From Polyangiaceae bacterium (GTDB lineage: Bacteria; Myxococcota_A; Polyangia; Polyangiales; Polyangiaceae), in assembly GCA_044376115.1 (NCBI GenBank), contig JBILLK010000004.1:128001-192000 (forward strand): 64,000 nt of DNA. Direction: 5' to 3'. Positions 1 to 9,276 of the stretch are shown here, one piece after another (the first letter of the stretch is position 1; the number at the start of each line of letters is the position of its first letter). A program made the position numbers and the translations under genes. The notes below the pieces were generated by a model, which searched no databases, had not been told where the DNA came from, and saw only the letters and a list, made by a program, of their open reading frames with translations.

Positions 1-967
1 CGATGCGAACCTCCGGTTTGGCCGGAGCGGGCTCCAGCGCGACAGCAGGCTCTGGCTCGGGCTCGCTGGCCTTCACCGGCTCCGGCTCGCTGGCCTTCAC
101 CGGCTCCGGCTCGGGCTCGCTGGCCTTCACCGGCTCGACGAGGGGCGCGGGCTTCTCGGAGAGCGACAACTCCGGCACGTCAGCGACGACCGGATCGAGA
201 TCGAGCCCAACCACGGGCAGGTCGTTCGACGGATCGAGCGCGACGATGGGCGACTCGATCGGCTCGAGCACGGGGGGCTCGGGGGCAGCAGGCGCATCCA
301 CCGAAACCACCGCGCGAGCCAACACGGCCTCGATACCGCTCGGCTCGGGCGCGACGCGGGTAACGACGGGGGCAGACGGTGCGTCCTCGCGCGGAATGGG
401 CTCGACCACCCGCGGCGCGACAGGCGGCGCCGGCGGCGAAACGGCGGCGACAGGGGGCGGCGGCGGCGAAGCCGCAGGCGGCGCCGGGGCCGCCACCGCG
501 GCGGGTTTGGCTGCAGCCACCGGAGTGGCCGGCTTTGGCGGGAAGGCCGAGCGAACACCAAACCCGGTGCCGACTGGGCGCGCGGCGGGTGGCGCTGCTG
601 CAGGCTTGGCGGCAGCGGGTGCGGCCGCAGGCTTGGCGGCAGCGGGTGCGGCGGCAGGCTTGGGAGCCTGAGCAACCGGCGCTTCCGACGTAACTGCGAG
701 GAGATCTACAGCCAGGTCGACCGCCGGCTTGGCGGGCTCTTTCGAGACGGCTACGAACGCCGAGACCGGTTCTGCGCGCGGGTCAATGCGGCCGGGGGCC
801 GGACCGAGACTCTCGCGAGCAACCGGCCGCGCTTGCATCGCGCGGGAGTCGCCCGCGTCAGCCGCAAACACAGGAACGCGTGGTTGCGCTGCGTTCTTTT
901 GAATCTTCGTGAGAAGAGCCTCGAGTGCCTGGACACGTTCCGGATTGTTCACGTCGAGGGGGAGCAT
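1..967 (-). CDS. Pro/Ala/Glu-rich low-complexity hypothetical protein (runs off the window start)
   Basis: Translated by hand; absent from the ORF track because it has no stop in the window. ATG 967 (or GTG 952) gives MLPLDVNNPERVQALEALLTKIQKN...APKPAAAPAAAKPAAAP...EPVKASEPEPEP...AKPEVRI, open to base 2. The + strand ORF 3..671 is its shadow. Confidence 0.7.
   Translation of the reverse strand, partial: MLPLDVNNPERVQALEALLTKIQKNAAQPRVPVFAADAGDSRAMQARPVARESLGPAPGRIDPRAEPVSAFVAVSKEPAKPAVDLAVDLLAVTSEAPVAQAPKPAAAPAAAKPAAAPAAAKPAAAPPAARPVGTGFGVRSAFPPKPATPVAAAKPAAVAAPAPPAASPPPPPVAAVSPPAPPVAPRVVEPIPREDAPSAPVVTRVAPEPSGIEAVLARAVVSVDAPAAPEPPVLEPIESPIVALDPSNDLPVVGLDLDPVVADVPELSLSEKPAPLVEPVKASEPEPEPVKASEPEPVKASEPEPEPAVALEPAPAKPEVRI
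49..137. repeat. Coding tandem repeat, 3 copies of GGCTCGCTGGCCTTCACCGGCTC (EPVKASEPEP on the minus strand)
   Basis: Directly visible. A second 27-nt repeat (GCAGGCTTGGCGGCAGCGGGTGCGGC, encoding KPAAAPAAA) lies at about 600-665. Confidence 0.85.
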
Positions 968-1140
968 ATCGGGCATGTGCGATTGTGCCGAACTTTTTCA
1001 CAGCTTCGTTGAGGGAGAGGGGTCCGATCGCAAGCGCGCAGCGACCGTTCAACGGCTGCGCTAAAAAAGCGGCGCTTATTATCCCGCTGAGCCTCCCCTC
1101 GCCGTGCAACCGCCTCCAACATCTGGCAATAGGTGCACTC

Positions 1141-2754
1141 ATGAAGCGGCTCCCCCTCCTTGCCCTGTGCGCGGTGCTCTCCCACGTCCATCGCGTTGAA
1201 GCACAGCCTGCAACTCCACCGGTGCCAACGGCGACCAACGCAGCCGCAGAGCCGGTCCCGGACACGCTCGGGCCAGGAGACGCCGCGGTCAAGGACCTCG
1301 CCGACCCGTTGGTAGCGCTGCTCGCGCCCGACCCGGCTGGGCTTACCTACGAGGCGGTTGCGCGCGAGGCGGTCGCCGCCAGCAGCGCCGTGCGGCTCAA
1401 AGAGGTTGAGCTCGAAGGGGCCGACGGAGCGGTGTCACAGACGCTGGTTTCGTTCTTCCCCCGCGTGACACTGGCGGCCTCCTACACGCGACTTTCGGAG
1501 GTGGAGGCTGGCACGATCGGTGGGGGTGGAGCCTCGGTGGGAGCCCTCAATGAAGGCCCCATCACGGTCGGGCCGTGCCCAACCGACGCCACGGTGCAGT
1601 GCGCCCTCGACTCGGCGGGAACCCCGATTCAGGCGGTGAACTCGAGCTTCACCTTCCCGGTGCTCCTCAACCAGATCGCCTTCACTGGGAATCTCACGGT
1701 GCCCATCTCGGACTACTTCCTGCGCGCCGTGCAGGCGTACAACGCAGCCGAAGCGAATGAAAAAGCCCTCGAGCTGCAGGTCGAGGCGCAGAAGAGAATC
1801 GCCGCACGCGACGCCAAACTGGCGTTGATCGGTTGGGCGCTCTCCAAAGGCCAAACGGTGGTGGCCGAAAAGAGCGTCGAGCAGGCGAAGAACCAGCTCA
1901 AGGACGTCAACTCCTCGCTCTCCGCCGACCGCGCGGCCAAGGTGGACGTGCTGCGCATCGAGGCCTTGGTTGCGCAAGCCGAGTTCACTCTGGCCGAAGC
2001 CCGCTCGAATGAGTTCGTGGCCGAACATCGCCTGCGAACGGTGCTTCATGCCCCCTCGGATCGGCCGCTCAGCGTCGGTATCGATCTGTTCGGCACCCCC
2101 AACATTCCCACCCTGGCCTCACTCGATGAGCTCGTGCGCGAGGCGATCGACCACCGCTTGGAGTTGGTGGCGACGCAAAAATCCCGCGAGGCCCTGCGAG
2201 AGGCAGAGTCGGCTACACGGGCGAGCTACTGGCCCCGCGTGGATGCTTTCGCCGACATCAACATCTCTAACCCCAATCAGCGTATCTTCCCCGCGCGCGA
2301 GCAGTTCGACACCACCTGGGACGCTGGCGTTCGGCTCTCCTGGGTGATCAACGACACCTTCAGCACGATCGGCGCGTCGGCTCAGGCCGAAGCACGGACC
2401 GCCCAAGTGGAGGCCTCGCTCGTGCAACTCACCGACGCGATTCGTTTGGAGGTGATCCAGGCGCACGCCGAGATCGCCAAGGCCGCCGCCTCGATCGAAG
2501 CGGCCAACCGCGGCGTGATCGCTGCCGAGGAGACCGTGCGCGTCTCCAAGCGCATTTTCGCGTTGGGTACGCTGACCGGCACCGGCCTGGCGGATCAAGA
2601 GAACGCCCTCACCGGCGCTCGGCTGCGCAAGCTCTCAGCACTCGCCGGGCTGCAAGCAGCCATCATTCGGCTCGAGCACGCAACCGGCCGGGACCAAGGC
2701 TCGATGCCAACGGCCCCAGTGGTACCGGCCGCTGCAACCACGCCTGAGCCCTGA
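1141..2754 (+). CDS. TolC-family outer membrane efflux protein
   Basis: Signal peptide MKRLPLLALCAVLSHVHRVEA; two OEP-like halves (FFPRVTLAASY..., YWPRVDAF...GVRLSW); terminal RLEHATG. ATG 1141 follows AGGTG. Confidence 0.85.
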   Translation: MKRLPLLALCAVLSHVHRVEAQPATPPVPTATNAAAEPVPDTLGPGDAAVKDLADPLVALLAPDPAGLTYEAVAREAVAASSAVRLKEVELEGADGAVSQTLVSFFPRVTLAASYTRLSEVEAGTIGGGGASVGALNEGPITVGPCPTDATVQCALDSAGTPIQAVNSSFTFPVLLNQIAFTGNLTVPISDYFLRAVQAYNAAEANEKALELQVEAQKRIAARDAKLALIGWALSKGQTVVAEKSVEQAKNQLKDVNSSLSADRAAKVDVLRIEALVAQAEFTLAEARSNEFVAEHRLRTVLHAPSDRPLSVGIDLFGTPNIPTLASLDELVREAIDHRLELVATQKSREALREAESATRASYWPRVDAFADINISNPNQRIFPAREQFDTTWDAGVRLSWVINDTFSTIGASAQAEARTAQVEASLVQLTDAIRLEVIQAHAEIAKAAASIEAANRGVIAAEETVRVSKRIFALGTLTGTGLADQENALTGARLRKLSALAGLQAAIIRLEHATGRDQGSMPTAPVVPAAATTPEP

Positions 2755-2834
2755 GCCTCAGTCCAGCGTCATTGCCCCGGCTGCCCGTCGCGCGAGACCC
2801 GGAACGCGCATCTGTGTAAGGTGCGCGGCTTCGG

Positions 2835-5033
2835 ATGACCGAGCTCGTCGTCGTTCTTTTCCTCGCCATCATCGGCCTCTCCACCGCTGCGTATCTCGTG
2901 CGGTGGCTCTTGTCGTTCGGCTCGCCAGACAACGCGCTTTTGAGCGCCGCTTCGCTCGTGCGTGACGTGGCCGAGGGCTTCGCTCGGCGTCAGAGCGCGA
3001 CGCTGGCCGCGCTCGCTGCCCTCTTCGGTGGTGCTTTGTTCGTCGCTTACGGTTTGCGCACCCCCAGCGCAGAACAGGTCGGCGGGCTTGAGACGGCCGT
3101 TTGGCTGGTCCTTTCGTTTGGCGTCGGGGTGCTCGGGGCGATCGCGGCAGCCGAGATCGGCACTTTCATCGGCGTGCGCGGAGCCATCCGTACGGCGGCA
3201 GCCTCGCGTCGCAACGTCGACGCGGCGTTGCGGTCCTCCTTTCGCTCAGGCGCCGCACTCAGCCTGCTCTCCGCCTCGATCGGTACGGTCTCGCTAGCGG
3301 CGCTCATCCTTGCGGTGATCGCATTTCACGGCGGGGTCGGGCAGGGCCTCGCGAGCGCGGTCAACATCATCCCGCGGATCCCATTCTTGCTGCTGGGGTA
3401 CGCGCTCGGCGCCACCACCATGGCTCTATTCGGCCAGATCGCCGGCGGGACCTTCGCCAAGAGCGCGGATATCGGTGCCGACGTTGGCGCCCGCGATGCC
3501 GGCCTCGACGACGACGCCAAGGACAACCCCGCCGCCGTCGCGAACCTTGCCGGAGATTGCGCCAACGGCGCAGCCAGCTCGCACGTGACCGCCTATGCCG
3601 CGGCGGCGGCGGAAGACAGCGCAGCGATGCTCGCGGTTACGCTGGTGTATGCCGCTGACCTCAGCTTGCGCAGCCCGCTCTCGCTGATCCTGCTGCCGCT
3701 GCTCTCACGCTCGTTCTCCATTTTGGGCACGGTCTTCGCCGCCGTCGTGGTTCGCACCGACGACCGCGAGGACCCGTTCGCTGCGGTCTTGCGCGGGCTG
3801 ACGGTGGCCACGTTGCTGCAGGCCGTAGGGCTCGCTGGTGCAGTGCAATGGCTGCTACCCGAACGCAGGGTGCTGATGTTTGGAGCGAGTGCGATCGGCA
3901 TCGGCCTGGCCGCGGTGATCGTAGTTTGGGTCTATGTTTCGAGCTCGTCGCGGTTTCGCGCCGTACGCGATGTTGCCGAGGCGGCTCGCGTAGGGCCCAC
4001 GCTCAACGTGCTTGCTGGCATCTCCAACGGCCTGCGGATGGGGCTGCCCATCGCAGCCGCGCTGACGCTCGGAATCGGCGCGAGCCACGCGCTCGGGGTG
4101 TACCTGTACGGCCGGTCCGGCGGAACCCTGGCGCTGGTCGCAACGCTCTCGGGCCTGGTGGGGACGATGACCTTCCTGATGGCGCTCGACGGAATGGCCA
4201 CGGTGGTTGATGCGGCCTCGGGCCTGGTGGCGATGACCTCCGAGGCCGATCGACGCGACGCTCGAGGTCGGCTCTCGGTGTTGGACGCAGCAGGCGCTGC
4301 CCAACGTATTGCGGCTCGCATCGTCGGTACGGGCGGCGCGCTGCTCTCGGGCGTGCTTTTGTGCGAGGTGTTGCGGCAAGAGGCGGACCGTCTGCACAGC
4401 GCGCTCGGGGAGCTGCGGCTCGACGTCGGCGTTTGGGTCGGCGCCATGCTCGGCATCGGCTTGACTGGCTGGCTGGCCGGACGCTGCTTGACCGGCGTGC
4501 TGCGTTCGTCGCGCCGCATCGTCGAGGAGGTCCGCAGGCAGCTGCGCGATCGCAGCCCCGCCGAAGCCGACGGCCCTTTGCTCGGCAGCGTCGACCATCG
4601 TCCGTGCTCGGAGTCCGCGACGCGCCACGCCCTGCGCCACATGGTGCTGGCAGGCTCGCAAGCGCTGGTGCTGCTGATCGCGCTGCTCGTCGGCCTGCAC
4701 CTCGCGCGCGGAGACGGTTCGGGCTTCGCCGCGGGCGGCGCCGTGCTTTCGCTGATCATGACGGCCACGGTGACGGGTGTGGTCAGCGCGCTGCTCGCGT
4801 TCGGCGCGGGCGGAGCGTGGGGCAGCGCGAAGAAGTACATCGTCACCGGAGCGCACGGCGGCCGCTTGCACGTGGACGAGACAGGCGCCCGGGCCGAGAA
4901 CCCAACCTTTGTTGCCTCGGTGATCGGAGACACGGTGGGCGACCCGTTCAAAGATGTCGCCGTCCCCTGCGTGATCGTCCTGATCCGGCTCTTGCCCATC
5001 GTCGCGTTGGTGCTTCTCCCCCTCATTCACTGA
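2835..5033 (+). CDS. Membrane-integral H+/Na+-translocating pyrophosphatase (HppA-like), degenerate active site
   Basis: Many TM helices; motifs GGTFAKSADIGAD, DNPAAVA, GGAWGSAKKYI, VIGDTVGDPFKD. Several conserved acidic residues are replaced (see findings). Confidence 0.85.
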   Translation: MTELVVVLFLAIIGLSTAAYLVRWLLSFGSPDNALLSAASLVRDVAEGFARRQSATLAALAALFGGALFVAYGLRTPSAEQVGGLETAVWLVLSFGVGVLGAIAAAEIGTFIGVRGAIRTAAASRRNVDAALRSSFRSGAALSLLSASIGTVSLAALILAVIAFHGGVGQGLASAVNIIPRIPFLLLGYALGATTMALFGQIAGGTFAKSADIGADVGARDAGLDDDAKDNPAAVANLAGDCANGAASSHVTAYAAAAAEDSAAMLAVTLVYAADLSLRSPLSLILLPLLSRSFSILGTVFAAVVVRTDDREDPFAAVLRGLTVATLLQAVGLAGAVQWLLPERRVLMFGASAIGIGLAAVIVVWVYVSSSSRFRAVRDVAEAARVGPTLNVLAGISNGLRMGLPIAAALTLGIGASHALGVYLYGRSGGTLALVATLSGLVGTMTFLMALDGMATVVDAASGLVAMTSEADRRDARGRLSVLDAAGAAQRIAARIVGTGGALLSGVLLCEVLRQEADRLHSALGELRLDVGVWVGAMLGIGLTGWLAGRCLTGVLRSSRRIVEEVRRQLRDRSPAEADGPLLGSVDHRPCSESATRHALRHMVLAGSQALVLLIALLVGLHLARGDGSGFAAGGAVLSLIMTATVTGVVSALLAFGAGGAWGSAKKYIVTGAHGGRLHVDETGARAENPTFVASVIGDTVGDPFKDVAVPCVIVLIRLLPIVALVLLPLIH

Positions 5034-5124
5034 GGTCGGTGCAACCACCTACCGAACGTTTTGGACGCATCCGTCCCTTGCAGCTTTGGGAAAGTGGGGA
5101 TAAGGGAATGTTCGTTGGGTGGCA

Positions 5125-5140
5125 TGGCACCGCGATTGAA
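5125..5140 (+). promoter_or_regulatory. Putative sigma54 (-24/-12) promoter
   Basis: TGGCACCGCGATTGAA versus consensus TGGCACG-N4-TTGCW: -24 box good, -12 box TTGA instead of TTGC. Confidence 0.4.
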
Positions 5141-5173
5141 GTCGCGGGTGGGCCTGACCTCCGGCACACCTGC

Positions 5174-5237
5174 TTCCGCCGAAGGCGGACGCAGCAAACA
5201 GAATGACTCGTGCACTCTTGTCTGGCACGAGTCATTC
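5174..5237. repeat. Structured intergenic repeat, copy 1
   Basis: TCCGCC-GAA-GGCGGA hairpin, then a perfect 13-bp stem GAATGACTCGTGC (5201-5213) / GCACGAGTCATTC (5225-5237). Homologous to copies at 8929 and 40465. Confidence 0.85.
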
Positions 5238-5406
5238 GGCCGGCCCCGAGTCAGGTCTGCTTCAACAACCTCAACCTGCGGTTGAGCATACAGAAGGCTG
5301 TTTGCGGCTCGCGCAACCAACGCGAGACGCTGCTCGTTACGGAAACTCGCTGAGTTGCTGTGCCCAGACGGCGTTGGCGCTCAGCCGACACAAAAGTAGG
5401 CTGCTC

Positions 5407-8400
5407 GTGGGCACACCTCTCTCCGACGCACTCTCGACCCTCAGCGACCGCGGTCTTCGCAAGCTTCTTGGCGCGCGAACCTTCATGCGAGGGTTCAAGT
5501 TCTTCTGCAATCGCGTGGTCGAGGATATCCAGGTCCACGAGGCCCACGCGACCGGGCTCGTGCGTGCTCCCGAGAGTGACCCGTTCAGCGTCCGGATTGA
5601 GCTCTCTCCCGACGGCATCAAGTCAACCTGCACCTGCCCCTCGCTCGGCAAGACCGAGCACTGCAAACACGCCGCCGCGCTGCTGATCGCCGTTCGGGAC
5701 CAGGCGCGTGCGTCGATGCCGCGACGAGAACCTGTCCCGGCGCCTCCCCAAGCCCCCCAAAGCGAGAACGGTATCAACTCCAAACGAAGTCGCCGACGAG
5801 AGCGTCGCACCCGCCCGTCTCCCCTCGCCCACGGCAGCTCGATGGCCGCGATGGGGCCGCCCGGGTCGACCGTCGGGCCGGCGATGGGCAACGCGCCCGT
5901 CGCCTACACCGAACGGACGATCGAGCGGCACGAGGCCAGTCGGCCTGGTTTCGCCGAGCGCACCACCTTCTCGACCACCCACGCGAAGCTGGCTCCCCCA
6001 ACGCCGGAAGCCACGGCCAAGCCCACCGGAATCGGCGCATGGTTGCCGCCCGAAGGCTCGACGGCGTCGCGGCGCATCGAGTTCCGGGTTCACGTCCGCC
6101 AGGGGGCCATCACCGTCACCGTGTTGGACGCGGAGGCGCGTATGCAGGTCCTGCCCTCGGTGGCGCTCACCTGGCAGGCCCTTTATCCGACGCCCGACCG
6201 CAACGCGCTCCGTCTGCTGGCGCGTCTCGAGAGCGGCAACCCGCGGCACCCCGCCGTAGACGTTCGCGGGGAAGACGTCTCCGAGCTGATGCCGCTGCTC
6301 GAACAGAGCCGGGTCTTGCTCGAGCCGGCGCTGATGCAGCTTCGCTTCAGCGAAGAGCCGCTCAAGCCCCGCTTCGACCTCGAGACGGTCGGCGGCGATA
6401 CCATCATCGTGAAGGCCAGCTTCGAGCGCAGCTCGGACAAACGCCGCTTCTCGCTGCTTACTGGCGGCTGGTTTGAAGGCTGGCCCGGTTGGCACATCGA
6501 TAGCCAAGAGGGCATCGCCCGTCGCATCGATCGCCGCGTCTCCGTGGCGGCGATTCGTCGTTTGATGCGCTCGCCCACCATCGCCGAGCCGATGAGCGAG
6601 CTGCCTCGCGTGATCATGCAAGGCCTGCCGAAGATCGCGCTGGAGGTCGGCGCTGAGCTGCCGGACCTCAATCAGATATGCGACGTGGTCGACCTCGTGC
6701 CCACCTTCCGTATGCGCGCCGGCGGCTCCTTGGTCGAGGCCAGCGTCAGCCTCTACGCCGTGTACGGCAATGAGGAGATCCCGGTTCGCGCCGACGGCAT
6801 CACCTTGCCGGTGATCATCCAAGCCCCGCTCGAGGGGGCGCGCAAAGCGCGCTGCATCCGCGTCGATATCGCGGCGCAGCAAGACGCCGCGCAGAAGCTC
6901 AATGACCTCGGGCTCGGCGCAGACTCGAGCGGCCAAGGCTTCATCGGCCGCGGGGACAGCGCGATCACCTTCTGGAGTGAGGGGCTCGGTCGCTTGCCGG
7001 ATGATTGGGATCTGTTCGTCCCCGAGGACCTCGTTGGCACGCAGGTGCGCGGCGCAGCGATCAGCGTCTTCGCCAAGGTCAGCTCCGGGATGGATTGGCT
7101 CAACGTGAAGCTCTCCTTCGAGTCGGAGGGCGTCCACGCCGAGCGCGGGGAAATTCGCCGCGCGCTGGCCGAGGGCAAGAAGTACATCAAGCTCTCCGAC
7201 GGCTCCTTCGCGCCCTTCGACGCCGATCAGATTCAGGCCATGATGGACCGCGAGATCGAGCTCATCACGGCCGCCGGCAAGAGCGGCAAGCTCTCCTTGG
7301 CGCACGCCGGTCGCATTCAAGAGCTCGTCGCGCAGGCGGCGGGCAGCAGCATCTCGGGGGGCGCACGCGAGCTCTTCCAGCGGCTCTCGTCAATCGACGA
7401 TATCGAGGCGGCGAAGAAGCCGCGCAACCTCAAGGCCACTCTCCGCCCCTATCAAGAGGCCGGCCTCAGCTGGTTGAAGTTCATCCACTCGATCGCCTCC
7501 GGCGGCGTGCTCGCCGACGACATGGGTCTCGGCAAAACGGTGCAAACCATCGCGCTGCTGCTCGCCGTCAAGCAGGACGAGAAGGCCGTCAAAGCGTTGA
7601 TCGTCGCGCCCACCAGCGTGGTCACCAACTGGCAACGCGAGCTCGAGAAGTTCGCTCCTTCGCTCAAGGTCGCGCTGTGGCACGGCGCCGATCGCAAAGA
7701 TCAAGCGGACGAGGTGCGCGAGAGTGAGGTCATCATCACGAGCTACGCGCTCTTGCGTCGCGATGAGGACTTCCTCACCACGCTGGACCTCACCTACGCC
7801 ATCCTCGACGAGGCCCAGCACATCAAGAACCCGATGTCGGCGACGGCTGCAGCGGCGAAGAAGCTGCGAGCCAAACGGCGCTTGGCGCTGACGGGCACGC
7901 CGATCGAGAACCGCTTGAGCGAAATCTGGAGCATCTTCGATTTCGTTTCGCCCGGCCTACTCGGCGCGCTCGATCGCTTCGAGGCCAAATTCGCCCGCCC
8001 GATCGAACAGGGCGACTACAAGACGGCCCAGCGGCTACGCACCACCATCCATCCGTTCATTCTGCGCCGCACCAAGAACGAGGTGGCCAAGGATCTGCCG
8101 GAGAAACTCGAGACCGATCAGGTGTGCGATCTCACCGGCGAGCAACGCGTGGTCTACCAGGAGATCCTGCGCGAAGTTCGGGCGCAGGTGTTGGGAGAGG
8201 TCGAGAAGAACGGCATCGGCAAGAGCCAGATTCAGATCCTCGCCGGCCTCACGCGGCTACGCCAAGCCGCCTGCGATCCGCGCCTGCTTGGGCTTCCGCG
8301 CGACTACTCCGACGACGACTCGGGCAAGCTCGTCGCGCTGCGTGAGCTCTTGGCCAACGCCGTGGAAGGCGGGCACAAGGTGCTCGTTTTCAGCCAGTTC

Positions 8401-8832
8401 GTGCAGATGCTCAAGCTGGTGGAGAAGGCGATCAAGGAGGACGGCATCAAGTACGAGTACCTCGACGGCTCGACCAAGGACCGCGCCGAGCGCGTGGATC
8501 GCTTCCAAGGCGACCCGACCGTGGGCGCCTTCTTGATCAGCCTCAAGGCCGGCGGCACTGGGCTCAACCTCACCGCAGCAGACACCGTGATTCACTTCGA
8601 TCCGTGGTGGAACCCGGCGGTGGAGCAGCAAGCCACCGACCGTGCTCACCGCATTGGGCAGAACAAGGTCGTCAGCGTCTACCGCTTGGTCGCCGCAGGG
8701 ACGATCGAGGAGAAGATCCTGCAGCTCAAGGCCAAGAAGCGGGAGCTCGTCGCGAGCGTTCTTTCAGAGGACGCTGGCGGAGTGAAGAAGCTGACCAAAC
8801 AGGACCTCGAGGAGTTGTTCTCGGTCGAGTAG
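5407..8832 (+). CDS. SWIM zinc-finger + SNF2-family (DEAQ) helicase/ATPase
   Basis: SWIM motif CTCPS...HCKH; LADDMGLGKT, ILDEAQHIKN, LTGTPIEN, FSQF, QATDRAHRIGQ. Start placed at in-frame GTG 5407, because ATG 5203 lies inside the repeat element. Confidence 0.92.
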   Translation: MGTPLSDALSTLSDRGLRKLLGARTFMRGFKFFCNRVVEDIQVHEAHATGLVRAPESDPFSVRIELSPDGIKSTCTCPSLGKTEHCKHAAALLIAVRDQARASMPRREPVPAPPQAPQSENGINSKRSRRRERRTRPSPLAHGSSMAAMGPPGSTVGPAMGNAPVAYTERTIERHEASRPGFAERTTFSTTHAKLAPPTPEATAKPTGIGAWLPPEGSTASRRIEFRVHVRQGAITVTVLDAEARMQVLPSVALTWQALYPTPDRNALRLLARLESGNPRHPAVDVRGEDVSELMPLLEQSRVLLEPALMQLRFSEEPLKPRFDLETVGGDTIIVKASFERSSDKRRFSLLTGGWFEGWPGWHIDSQEGIARRIDRRVSVAAIRRLMRSPTIAEPMSELPRVIMQGLPKIALEVGAELPDLNQICDVVDLVPTFRMRAGGSLVEASVSLYAVYGNEEIPVRADGITLPVIIQAPLEGARKARCIRVDIAAQQDAAQKLNDLGLGADSSGQGFIGRGDSAITFWSEGLGRLPDDWDLFVPEDLVGTQVRGAAISVFAKVSSGMDWLNVKLSFESEGVHAERGEIRRALAEGKKYIKLSDGSFAPFDADQIQAMMDREIELITAAGKSGKLSLAHAGRIQELVAQAAGSSISGGARELFQRLSSIDDIEAAKKPRNLKATLRPYQEAGLSWLKFIHSIASGGVLADDMGLGKTVQTIALLLAVKQDEKAVKALIVAPTSVVTNWQRELEKFAPSLKVALWHGADRKDQADEVRESEVIITSYALLRRDEDFLTTLDLTYAILDEAQHIKNPMSATAAAAKKLRAKRRLALTGTPIENRLSEIWSIFDFVSPGLLGALDRFEAKFARPIEQGDYKTAQRLRTTIHPFILRRTKNEVAKDLPEKLETDQVCDLTGEQRVVYQEILREVRAQVLGEVEKNGIGKSQIQILAGLTRLRQAACDPRLLGLPRDYSDDDSGKLVALRELLANAVEGGHKVLVFSQFVQMLKLVEKAIKEDGIKYEYLDGSTKDRAERVDRFQGDPTVGAFLISLKAGGTGLNLTAADTVIHFDPWWNPAVEQQATDRAHRIGQNKVVSVYRLVAAGTIEEKILQLKAKKRELVASVLSEDAGGVKKLTKQDLEELFSVE

Positions 8833-8889
8833 CGCGGTCGGTCGAACGCCAGCGGGCGAAAGGCGCAAGCCTGCTGGCCGCCACGAACG

Positions 8890-8922
8890 AAAAAGGAGGT
8901 TGGGTCTTTGGCCCAACCTCCT
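8890..8922 (-). terminator. Rho-independent terminator for the minus-strand gene 9046..9276 (possibly bidirectional)
   Basis: 11-bp stem AGGAGGTTGGG/CCCAACCTCCT preceded by AAAAA (U-tract on the minus strand). A second GC hairpin lies at 8848-8878 after the SNF2 stop. Confidence 0.8.
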
Positions 8923-8928
8923 CATCGT

Positions 8929-9030
8929 TTCCACCGAAGGTGGATGCAGCGGACAGAATGACTCGTGCCCTCTTCGAGAGAATCGGCCGAAGGCCCCGTT
9001 GAACCGTCGACTTTGGCATGAGTCATTTGT
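8929..9030. repeat. Structured intergenic repeat, copy 2
   Basis: TCCACC-GAA-GGTGGA hairpin (compensatory change relative to copy 1); GAATGACTCGTGCC (8956-8969) pairs with GGCATGAGTCATTT (9015-9028). Confidence 0.85.
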
Positions 9031-9045
9031 TGACTGGCGTCGCGA

Positions 9046-9276
9046 CTACTCAGCCGTCGCTGCAAACCAGGCTTCAGCGATCGCGTAGAGCGTATCTTCG
9101 CTGGTGGAATCTCCCTCGGGAACGCCGTTGGCGGCGCCGAAGCTGTAAACGATGCGGCCGACCGGCACGCCCTTCACCAACACCGTGAAGGTGTCCTCGC
9201 CCAGCTCTTGAATGTTGTAGCTCGTCCCCTCGAAGGTGACCGTCTTGTTTGCAACGTCTGCGACCGCTGTACTCAT
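9046..9276 (-). CDS. Small acidic hypothetical protein (76 aa)
   Basis: MSTAVADVANKTVTFEGTSYNIQ...; protein-like composition, GC3-rich codons, followed by a terminator. Confidence 0.75.
   Translation of the reverse strand: MSTAVADVANKTVTFEGTSYNIQELGEDTFTVLVKGVPVGRIVYSFGAANGVPEGDSTSEDTLYAIAEAWFAATAE

Noticed and set aside
3..671. 222-aa Gly/Ser/Ala ORF on the + strand
   Set aside because: Antisense shadow of the minus-strand Pro/Ala-rich gene.
5203..5406. N-terminal extension of the SNF2 ORF (also ORFs starting MTRAL at 8958 and 40493)
   Set aside because: The ATG belongs to the repeat motif AATGACTCGTGC; the extension is not protein-like.
5407..8832. SNF2 gene as part of an anti-phage defence island
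   Set aside because: No methylase, nuclease or other defence gene is adjacent; stand-alone SWIM-SNF2 genes are common.
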